64,000 nt of DNA from Schizochytrium sp. TIO01 (lineage: Eukaryota; Protista; Bigyra: Labyrinthulomycetes). Positions 1 to 12,000 of this stretch are shown piece by piece (the first letter of the stretch is position 1; every line of letters begins with the position of its first letter). The translations under genes were made by a program, and so were the position numbers. The notes beneath the pieces are model-generated. The model did no database searches, was not told the DNA's origin, and was given only the letters and a program-made list of their open reading frames with translations. The stretch lies in contig SMSO01000034.1 of assembly GCA_004764695.1 (NCBI GenBank), positions 4,216,001 through 4,280,000 of the forward strand. The letters run 5' to 3'.

Positions 1-1
1 A

Positions 2-3000
2 GCCACTCTCGAGAGTGTTCTTCGAGCATGTGAAGTTTGGCCAAGTCCATCTCCACAGAGTTCGGGAATAGCATCTTCTACAATTCTTCCTCTTTCGGCA
101 TACTATGACAAGACACAAGATCCCATTCACCCGAACGAAATCGCATACCCGGTGCACGGGGCAACGGTTCTTCCCAGCCCAGACTCTTCTATTTGGGAAG
201 CTGGCATTGTTCAGTGTTATGATATCGATTCAGACCGCTTCATTGTTGACACCATCGAAAGAAGTTATAAAATCCCGCGTGTTAGAGTTATGTTTCCGTC
301 GGAGAGCCTTGAAGGTTTCGTGAGGCGGTTTGTGACGACTTTTTTTCGTCGCGAGCAGGCTCATCTTCTGATTCGCTATAATCTATATGTAGACTGTATG
401 CCTGCGCAGGGTGATAATGCAATTAACGAAGCCCAACTAGCTCGCATTGTTTCATGGGCTTTGGGTGTCAGCAAAGCAAATGCAAAAGATTCAAAAGCTC
501 GCATGGATGTTGCTTCTATGCTTCATGAGGTAGAAACTCGTTTTGCTCGAACCTTGAATAAGATTGATTTCGATCGCAAACTAAAACGTAGTACACGAGA
601 AGCATTGCGTAAAGACAATCTCGATGATCTTCCAATGGTACTTCAGAGTGTAGAGCCTGTAAGAAATGCGCCAGTGTATGGTTGTCTTCCCATCGCTCCT
701 TACGATAGCGAGTCATATTACAATGATCTCAAGGCACACAGCTTTTTGGCTGACTCTTCTTCGCTCGGGGCTCTCTCAGGCGTCCACAAACTTTGTCAGC
801 GCGTGGGGACTAGTGAGTTTCGCCTCTTTCGCTGCACACCAGAAACCCAAAGTCTATCCCTGCGCGAATTTGAAGAGTCGCAGAATTTGCAACTGGACAA
901 AGCTACGACTCATCTCAAGGATGACTGGACTCAATCCCTCAAGAATGTTATCAAAAGTAACTTGAGTCGTGATCCCGCGAGGTGGGACCTCGAAACAAAG
1001 GATCGACAAGCTTACGAATCAAGTGAGCTTCGGTGCTTCTTTCGAAACGTAAACTTACGCATGACAGATGCATTGTACGATTCTGTAAATGAAAGCATTC
1101 GTCTTTATGGACGTTACATTGAGGAGGCAACTCAGTATAAAATCGATATCAGGACATCTTCAGAAGTTCTTGTAGACTATCACTCAGACTCAGCAAGCTC
1201 CCAAACAAAGCCGCTATTTCGTGTTGATCTCATTAAGGAAATACGTCTCCCGAAAGCAAAAGTAGCAACTGATGTAAATGGAGTAAAAAAAGATGCTCCC
1301 GAAGAGGAGGAAGAAGAAGAGGAGGAGGAAGAGGAAGAAGAAGGAGACCAAGATAAAGTTAATGAAAACGAGCCTAGACCATTTTTTGGATATAGTAATG
1401 ATGCTCAGGACTTTGTAGACAAGGCACGTGGGTTTGTTCGAGCAGGTATCACCAATATCAAAGGGATCCCGCAAATACAACGACTTGCGATGGATCGCCT
1501 GTACTGGGGTGAGGTCCCTACAGTAAAAACCTTGAGTGAGGATGAACGAATCGTTGCGGAGGTCGAAGACCAGATTTCTACAAGCTTGCAAGGCCGTTTC
1601 AGTGAGCTTGATATTTATTTGGAAAAGTTTGACCGATTTCTTCATATTTTACGCCTCGATGTTGATGAATTTATGGCCAAACTTGAAGAACCCTTCCGCC
1701 TTGCTGAAGAACGAGCTCAGCGAAAGAAAGAGCGTGAAGAAAAGCGCGCAGAACAACAACGACTCAAGGAGGAAAAGGAACAAGCATTTAAAGAAGAGCT
1801 TGAGCGTCTCCGCGCTGAAGGCAATGAGGCCGAAGTAACAGCACTTCAAGCAAAAAAGGCCGAGGAAGATGAAGAAGAGGAAGATGATGACGATGATGAC
1901 GACGATGACGATGATGCCGAGGCACCAACACTGGAGACAGACCTCATTGCTAGATACATTAGTGATCACATCAAAGGTCAGGAGCATGTTGAGCTCTTGA
2001 TTCCAGAATCTTGTAACATTGGTCTTTTTGAGGTAAACTGCTCCCGAATCAGACAAGAGCTAATTGAAAAGCACGCCTCAGTTGTAAATCGCTTGCTTGA
2101 TTTTGTGGCTAGGTGTACAATTGGACAATGCAATATTCTTCTAACTCGCTTTGCAGACATGAACACGGAGCTTTCAAAATTTCCTCAGAACATCGAAGAA
2201 CTCGTGGAGATTCGAAACTATATGAACACTATTCCAAATAAGCTTGCTGAAATGAATGATGAGATCACCAAGCTCTGGCAAGGTTATGACCTCCTTAATC
2301 AATATCAGTACAGATTGACAAGCAAAGTCTTTGGGCAAAAGTGGAGGCTCTTTGGCGGCGCAAAGATGATCCTTGATAAGGTTGAAGTCACAACGGAGAT
2401 GCTCGCAAAGGAACAAATTCGCTATGCAGACCAACAGCGCGAGAAGCAAGAAGACTTTTTGGTTTACCTCGACAAATTGTCCAAAGAAGTAGCTAGTTTT
2501 AGTCAGCATTCAGATCTTCGCCGGATTAAGAGCATTGCGCAAAGTGCTGCAGATATCGCAGCAAAAATCCGCCAAGCGCAGGCTGACGCAGATCTCTTTA
2601 ACAGACGCGAAAACCTTTTTGACCAGGAAATGACAGACTATGAAGAAGTTACTGAGATTGCGAGAGCATTTCAGCCTTATGAAAGCCTGTGGATTGCCGT
2701 CAGTGAATGGATTGAAGGTGAAGAAGCATGGCTCAACGGCAAATTCTCTGACTTAGCACCTGAGGAGATCGAAAAGCAGGTAACTGAGTCGTACAAGATC
2801 ATGAACCGCAGCATCAAGTTTTTCCAGAAGGCAGAGTTACCATTGATCAAAGAAACTGCCGAAGTCATTAAAGCAAAAATTGAAGTGTTTAAGCCTTACA
2901 TGCCCATGATTGCAGCTCTTCGGAATCCCGGCATGCGCGAACGTCATTTCGATGCACTGTCTGAGGAGCTTGGATTTCCTGTTCGAGCAGACGAAACGTT

Positions 3001-6000
3001 TACTTTAACTCAAGCAATTGAGCTTAAGCTTCATGAGCACTCCGAGACAATTTCTAAAGTGGCAGGTGTTGCTGCAAAAGAATTTCAAATCGAGCAACAG
3101 CTTGATAAAATGGAGCGTGAATGGGAGAATGTATATCTTGATTGCAGACCGTACAAAGAAACTGGCACATACGTACTGGGTGGTATTGATGAAATCATGG
3201 CGATTCTCGATGAACACATCACCATGACTCAAGCTATGCAGTTCTCAACTTTCAAAGGGCCTTTTGTGGAGCGCATCGACACTTTTGATAAGAAGCTATT
3301 GATGACTTCCGAGGTTTTGGAGGAGTGGATCGGCGTACAAAGGAACTGGCTCTATCTCCAACCTATTTTCGAGTCGCCCGATATCAATAAGCAGCTTCCG
3401 GCGGAAGGCAAAAGATTTTCTAGCGTCGACAAGAATTGGCGCACCACCTTATTGCAAGCATCTCAGCATGCAAAGGCATTAGACTTTTGTGCAAACCCAA
3501 AGTTGCTTGATATGTTTTCTGAGAGTAACAAGCTTTTGGATATGGTGAGCAAGGGCCTTAGCGATTATCTCGAAACAAAGCGAGGGGGTTTCTCACGATT
3601 CTATTTTCTTTCTAATGACGAGCTTCTTGAAATTCTTTCAGAAACCAAGGATCCCCAGATGGTGCAACCTCATCTGAAAAAGTGTTTTGAAGGTATTCGA
3701 AGTGTCTTTTTCAGTGATGCCATGTTGATTACTGATATGAAATCAAGCGAAGGTGAGGTGGTTCCTCTAAGCACAAAAGTAGATCCTAACGGCAAAAATG
3801 TCGAAGTTTGGATGACAGAGCTTGAAGATATGATGATGGACTCCGTTAAGCATGTCATGTGGTCAAGCATGCTCAGCTACGTAGGTAAGCCGCGTACAGA
3901 GTGGCTCCAAATGGTTCCAGGCCAGTGTGCTCTTAATGCTTCCCAATTTCACTGGACAAGAGAAATCGAAGAAGCAATGGACGCAGATGGAAACGCTGGT
4001 GTCGGCAGGTGCTTTGAGCAGCAAGTGCGACAGATCAATGACATGGTTGCTTTAGTACGAGACCCGGAGCTTAAATCAAATGCTCGTATGACCATCAGTG
4101 CTCTTACTGTAATTGATGTCCATGCCCGAGATGTTACAGAAAAATTATTCCGTGACGGTGTTAAAGACAAAGCCGAGTTTGCTTGGATTTCCCAAATGCG
4201 TTATTATTGGCTGGAGGGAGAAGGTCTTGAGGGTGACATGAAAGTCAAGATGGTATCTTCTCTTCGGCCTTATGGCTACGAATACCTAGGTAACTCTTTC
4301 CGATTGGTGATTACTCCTCTCACAGATAAGTGTTATTTGACCTTGATGGGAGCACTTCAAATGAACTTGGGAGGTGCACCTGCAGGTCCAGCAGGTACAG
4401 GAAAGACTGAAACCACAAAGGATCTTGCAAAAGCTCTTGCTAAGCAATGTGTCGTCTTCAATTGCTCTGATGGTCTCGATTATCTTGCTATGGGAAAATT
4501 CTTCAAGGGTCTCGCTAGTTGCGGTGCTTGGGCATGTTTTGATGAGTTTAATCGTATCGACGTCGAGGTGCTTTCTGTCGTTGCTCAGCAGATTATGACT
4601 CTCCAAGCTGGTGTCATTGCTAAAAAGACGCGAATTGTCTTTGAAGGTGTTGAAATTAAGCTTAGCGACCAATTTGCAGTATATATTACAATGAACCCTG
4701 GTTATGCAGGTCGTACTGAGCTGCCAGATAATCTTAAAGCTTTATTTCGGCCTGTTGCAATGATGGTTCCCGACTATGCCCTCATCGGTGAAATTATGCT
4801 TTATTCTTTTGGTTATGAAAAAGCCCGTATTTGTGCTAAGAAGATGGTTGCAACATTTCGTCTTTGCTCTGAGCAGCTTTCATCTCAGCCGCATTATGAT
4901 TATGGTATGCGTGCCGTCAAGACAACAATTGTCGCAGCCGGTAATTTGCGGCGTGATTACCCGAACGAAGACGAGGAAATTCTTCTCCTTCGTGCTTTAC
5001 AAGATGTAAACTTGCCAAAGTTCTTGAGTCATGATTTGCCACTCTTCCGTGGTATCATTTCCGATCTTTTCCCCGGAAAGAGCCGTCCCGATATTGATTA
5101 TGGTGCGCTTTTGCAATGTCTGCGAATTGCAAACCAGAATACTGGTCTTCAGAACACCCCATGGTTCCTCACCAAGCAGATTCAGTTGTACGAGACCATT
5201 GTGGTACGGCATGGTCTAATGTTAGTCGGACCAACTGGGGGTGGCAAATCAAGAAACGTGGAAAACCTCGACACAGCGTTGGGTTTGCTGAAAAAGCGAG
5301 GCGTAAAGGGTTTTGCTTATGAAAAAGTGTTTAGGTATACTGTGAACCCGAAATCTATTACAATGGGACAGTTGTATGGTGAGTTCGATCCAAACACTCA
5401 CGAGTGGCAAGATGGGATTCTTGCAAATATTGTACGTAACTGCGCCAAGTCCACAACCCCGGATCGAAAGTGGGTTATGTTTGACGGTCCAGTTGATGCA
5501 ATCTGGATTGAAAATATGAATACCGTGCTTGACGACAACAAGAAGCTGTGCTTGAACTCAGGTGAGATTATGGGATTAAGCGCGGAGATGACAATGATGT
5601 TTGAGGTAGAGGACCTTGAAGTAGCCTCTCCTGCAACTGTCAGTCGTGTTGGTGTCATCTACATGGAACCGAATACACTTGGTTCTGACCCTGTGATTCA
5701 AAGTTGGATTGAATACCGGTTGCCTAGTATTGTCACCAATGAACAGAAGGCGTTATTGCAGAAGCTTTTTGACATTTACTTGCAAAGTGCGCTGACCCTT
5801 TTACGCCGTAATTTGCAGGAGCCCGTACCAACTGTGAACAACAATCTTGTTGCAAGCCTCATTCGCATGATGGATGCTTTATTCAACTTGCATATGAATT
5901 CAGGAGATGGAAAACCACAGGGAGAAGACGAAGGAGAAGGAAAACGATCTCAAGGTGGTTTGAATCTTGAACTCGATCTCGAGCCTTTATTCATCTTTAG

Positions 6001-9000
6001 TATGGTCTGGTCTTTACTTTGTACCTCTAATACAGAGGGGCGTCGTACTATGGATGGATGGTTAAGAACCCAGATGGACCACTTTTCTTCAGAATGTGCA
6101 TTTCCTCGTGACGCTCTTATCTATGATTATGTCTGGGATGTAAAAACACACGAGTGGGTTAAATGGATGGACACCATTGAGCCTTATAAGTATGACAAGG
6201 ATTTGCCCTATGCTGAGACTATTATCCCAACGTCTGATTCTGTATGCTATACTTTCTTGCTGGACATTCTTACGCGAGCAAATCTACATATACTTATGTG
6301 CGGAGATACAGGTACAGGTAAAACTGTCAACATCAACCGTTACTTGAGCAACACAATGCCTTCAGATTACATTCCTCTTTGCCTTGCATTTTCTGCTCAA
6401 ACTAGCGCCAACCAAACCCAAGACCTTCTTGACTCTAAGATGGAAAAGCGCCGCAAGGGTGTTTTTGGTCCTCCTGCAGGAAAACGATTTGTAATTTTCG
6501 TCGATGATCTTAATATGCCAAAGCGTGAGACATACTTTGCCCAGCCACCAATTGAAATTTTGCGTCAGTGGTTCACTTATGGTGGATGGTATGACCGAAA
6601 AGCACTCACCTTTAGACAGATTATAGATGTGAATATGGTAGCTGCAATGGGCCCCCCAGGCGGTGGTCGCAACCCAGTTACACCTCGAATGCTTCGCCAC
6701 TACAATATCATCACGTACACACCCCTGGAAGCAGAAAGTATGGCCACAATTTTTGGTACAATTCTGGGCAACTTCTTACGTGACTCATTTGATAGTGCTG
6801 TGGCACCTCTTGCGGATCCCGTTGTGCAGTCTACGATCGAGATTTACGATCGCATTCGTGCTGAGCTCTTGCCAACGCCAAGCAAGTCGCACTATACTTT
6901 TAATATGCGCGACTTGAGTAAGGTTTTTCAAGGTATGCTGATGATTTCGCCAAAGGTTACTAATGGTGTCGGAGATGTGGTGCGCTGCTGGGTTCACGAA
7001 TGTCAACGTGTCTTTCGTGATCGTTTGATTAACGATGAAGATCGATTCTGGTTTAATAAACTAGTCATCAGCAAAGTTGAAAAGGAGCTCAACCTGGACT
7101 GGAACAAAATTAAGCCTGAGTCAGAGTATATGGTATTTGGCGACTTAATGGAGCCAGATAGCAAGATTTACAAAGAAATTGTAGAGATCGACTCTCTACT
7201 ACCAACTATTGAGCAATACTTGGTTGAGTACAATGCAGAATCTAAGACTCCAATGAACCTGAAGTTATTCATGGATGCAGTTCAGCACATCAGCCGCATC
7301 GCCCGCGTGATTCGCCAGCCGATGGGTAATGCGCTTCTCCTTGGTGTGGGTGGTAGCGGCCGTAAGTCTCTGACGCGACTTGCTTCATACATTGGCGATT
7401 TTGCAGTATTTCAAGTAGAAATCGCAAAGGGCTATGGTTTGACCGAGTGGCGTGATGACATAAAAGCTTGTTTGCTCAAAGCAGGAGTTGAAGATGTACA
7501 GGTTGTATTTCTGTTTGACGATTCGCAAATTATCATGTCTCAAATGTTGGAAGACATTAATGGTATTCTAAATCAGGGTGATGTTCCAAATTTGTATCCG
7601 CCAGAAGATATGGAGAAGATTATGACGGCTTGTCGAGGAGATTGTGCAAAGCGGAAGATTGCACCTACCAAAATTAACATCTTTGCGTCATACATCTTGC
7701 GAGTGAAGCGAAATGTACACGTTGTGATGTGCATGAGTCCGGGCACACCAATCTTTCGTGACCGTTTGCGAATGTTTCCATCTCTGGTCAACTGCTGTAC
7801 AATCGATTGGTTTTCCGAGTGGCCGGATGAAGCTCTTCGAAGTGTTGGTCTAGGTATCATGCAGGAAGAAGACTTGCAGCTTGGGGAGCTGCTTGAAGGC
7901 GTTGTAGAGCTTTTCAAGGTGTTCCATCAATCTGTCGCAAGCAAATCTAAAGAATTCTTTGAAGAATTGCGTAGATACAACTATGTTACTCCAACTTCAT
8001 ATTTGGAACTGCTCAACACGTTCAAGAATTTGCTACAACGAAAGCGCGATGAGGTTTTGCAGAAAAAACAGCGTCTTCAAATTGGTTTAGATAAATTGAC
8101 AACGACAGCGGCTCAGGTAGCTGATCTCCAGGTACAACTTACGGAAATGCAGCCTGTGCTTGCCAAAACCCAGGTAGAGGTCGATGAGATGATTGTTCAA
8201 ATTAAGAAAGACAAGGCTGCTGCAGACGAGACAAAGGCTATTGTGTCCAAAGAAGAAGCCGCTGCTCAAGAAAAAGCCCAAGCTACAAAAGCCATTGCCG
8301 ATGACGCCCAACGCGATCTTGATGAAGCCTTACCAGCGCTTGATGAAGCTGTTAAATGTCTCAACAAGCTGAAGAAATCTGATATTGTAGAGGTTGGTTC
8401 CCTCAAAACTCCTCCTTCTGGTGTAAAGCTCACCATGGAGGCTGCTTGCATTATGTTCGAGGTAAAGCCAAAAATGGTTGCAGATCCTGCGAATATGGGT
8501 AAAAAGATCAAGGACTTCTGGGAACCAGCTCAAAAGAACTTGCTCAATGATGCTAACAAGCTCTTAGCTCGTCTCTTCAACTTTGACAAGGATAATATCC
8601 CGGATCGCGTGATTCGGGACATCGAGCCATACATTGAAAGTCCAGAATTTCAGCCGAAGGAAATCGAGAAGGCTAGTAAAGCCTGTACTGCTATTTGTAT
8701 GTGGGTCCGCGCTATGCACAAATACCACTATGTAGCGCTTGGAGTGGAACCTAAGCGTCAAAAGCTTGCGGAAGCTGAGGCAGAGCTCAAGGTAACAATG
8801 GAAAAGCTTGATCGAGCACGTGGAGAGCTCCAAGCAGTCATGGATAATATTCAAGAACTTGAAGATGGATACAACAAATCTGTAGCCAAAAAGGAACAGC
8901 TTGCTCAAGATGTTGAACAGTGCAGTGCTCGTCTCGACCGCGCTCAGAAACTAATTGGAGGTCTTGGTGGCGAAAAAGACCGCTGGACTAGTTCTGTAGC

Positions 9001-12000
9001 TCAATTTGATCGTGATTATGTTAACCTTCTCGGCGATGTGCTGATCTCTAGTGGAGCTATTGCATATCTTGGACCTTTTACAAGTGTCTATCGTACGGAC
9101 CTTACACGTGAATGGTTAAAAGAGCTCATTCGTTTGAAAGTTCCGCACACACCCGGTGTTGACATTGTAAAAACCCTAGGCGAGCCTGTGACAATTCGCT
9201 CTTGGAATGTGGCAGGTTTGCCCCAAGATGCTCACTCAGTTCAAAATGCCATTATGATGGAAACTGCTCGACGATGGCCGCTTTTGATTGATCCGCAAAC
9301 CCAGGCAAATCGTTTCATTAAAAACCTTGGAAAAGAGAGCAACAACGGTATTGAGGTTGTTAAACAGAGTGACAAAAATTTGCTCCGGTGCTTAGAAAAT
9401 GGTTTGCGATTTGGCAAATGGGTACTTATGGAAAATGTTGGTACAAAGCTTGACGCGGCTCTTGAACCCGTATTATTGCAACAGACATTTGTTCAAGATG
9501 GACAAGTTATGATCAAATTGGGTGATAACACTGTACCGTATCATGAAGACTTTCGCTTCTTTATGACAACTAAGCTACCCAACCCTCACTATCCTCCTGA
9601 AGTTGCCGTGAAGGTAAGCCTTCTCAACTTCAGTATTACCCCTCGTGGTCTTGAAGAGCAGCTTTTGGGCATTGTCATGGTCAATGAGCTTCCTGAACTA
9701 GAGTCTCGCAAGAACGAGATTGTAGTCCAGAATGCAGCCATGGGCAAGAAGTTGAAGGAGATCGAAGACACCATTCTATACATGCTTTCGAATTCCCAGG
9801 GCAATATTCTTGATGATGCTGAGCTCATCGAAACGTTAGCAACATCCAAAGTTACATCACAAGAAATCAATTCGAAGGTCGCAGAGTCGAAGGAAACGGA
9901 GCAGGAGATTGATGCCGAGCGTGAAAAATACCGCCCGTTTGCAAAGCGCGGATCAATTCTATACTTTGCAATTGCAGACCTTAGCATTATTGATCCCATG
10001 TACGAATACTCTTTGCAATGGTATAGCCAACTTTTTGCCCAAGGCATTTTGAATAGTGAACCCAAAAGCGATATCGAGGAACGCCTTGAAGTACTGAAGG
10101 ATTTCTTTACTTACATGTTATACGAGAATGTGTGCCGTAGTTTGTTTGAAAGGCACAAGCTTATGTTTTCGTTCAATCTTGTAATTAAGATTCTCCAGGG
10201 AGATGATCTTATTGACAATGCAGAATACAGAAATCTGCTTACAGGCCAAGGCTCAGGACGTGTGTCTGACATGTCGAAGCCCGAGGGCGCTTCTTGGGTC
10301 ACTGACAAGATGTGGGGTGACATTCAAAGTGTGGCAACTCTAACGGCCTTTGGGGGTTTCGAGGAGTCCTTTATTGCACATTTAGACGAATGGAATCTAT
10401 TCTTTGATTCTGAAACATGCTTTGAGGATCCATTGCCAGGTGGCTGGGACGAAAAACTCAATGACCTACAGCGAATGCTTGTTCTTCGTGCAATCCGTCC
10501 AGATAAGATTGCAAGCGCTGTTCAGAACTATATTGTAGTTCGGTTTGGGCAGCGTTTCATTGAGCCTCCTCCTTTTGAGATTAAAAAGTGTTTTGATACC
10601 TCGGTTGTAACCACACCACTTATTTTTGTACTAACAAGTGGTAGTGATCCGACGAAATCGTACTTTGAGTTTGCAGAGACGATGGGTATGAGTGAGAAGT
10701 TAAAGAGTATTTCACTTGGGCAGGGTCAAGGTCCAATTGCAGCTCGTATGATTGAAGAAGGAATCTCCAAGGGCCTATGGATTCTTCTTCAAAATTGTCA
10801 CTTAGCAAGTTCGTGGATGGACGAGCTTGAAAGAATTGTTGAAGAAATCAAACCGGAAACCACAAACCCAGAATTCCGCCTTTGGCTCACGTCAATGCCG
10901 TCCAAAACTTTCCCTGTTTCGGTTCTTCAAGATGGTATCAAGATGACTATGGAGCCACCAAACGGTATGCGTGCAAATCTTCGTGGTGTTTACTTTAAGT
11001 TTGATGACGAGCAACTCAAGGCAACGACGAAGCCTAATGTGTATATGCGGCTTCTATTTGGTCTCTGCTTCTTTCATGCGCTAATTCAGGAGCGACGCAA
11101 ATTTGGACCCTTGGGCTGGAACGTTCCATATGAGTTTAACGAGACAGATCTAGAGATCTCCCAACGCGGTTTGGAGATGTATCTTGACGAGTATGAAGAG
11201 ATTCCTTTTGAATGTTTAACATTTTTGACTGCGCGCATCAATTATGGAGGGCGTGTCACAGATGCAATTGATATTCGTACCATGGATGTTCTTCTGGATC
11301 AATTTTATAATGCGAATGCCTTAGAAGAAGGATATAAATACTGCCCTCGTGAGGAATACTACTTGCCCACTGTAGATGAGGACAATCCTATCCGTGGTTA
11401 CAGAGCGTACATTGACTCGCTGCCTGTCAATGCACCTCCAGAGGTGTTTGGCATGAACACAAATGCGAACATTACATCAGCTCTCCAAGAAACAAATGAG
11501 ATGCTCGACACATTGGTCCTACTACAGCCGCGTACAAGTTCTGGTGGTGGCGCATCGCGTGAAGACATCATCGAACAAGATATCATCGACTTCCAACAGC
11601 GTCTGCCGCAGCACTTTTCCATTGAAGCTATTCGTATGGACTATCCTGTTCGTTACGAGGAGTCAATGAACACTGTTTTACAACAAGAATGTGCACGTTT
11701 TGAGCGCTTACTTGCAAACATTGAGTCAACGTTGTTTGACCTTCGCAAAGCCCTGCGAGGTTTAATGGTAATGTCCGGCGAGCTTGAGGCAATGAGTAAC
11801 TCCATGTACGCTCAGAAAATCCCGGATCTTTGGGAGTCGACCTCCTATCCCAGCTTGATGCCCTTACGAAGTTACTTTGGAGATTTTGTAAAGCGCTGTA
11901 ACTTCTTACAAGACTGGATTCAAAATGGAATGCCGTCTTCCTATTGGCTTTCAGCTTATTTCTTTCCGCAGGCCTTCTTGACAGGTCAGCTTCAGAATTA

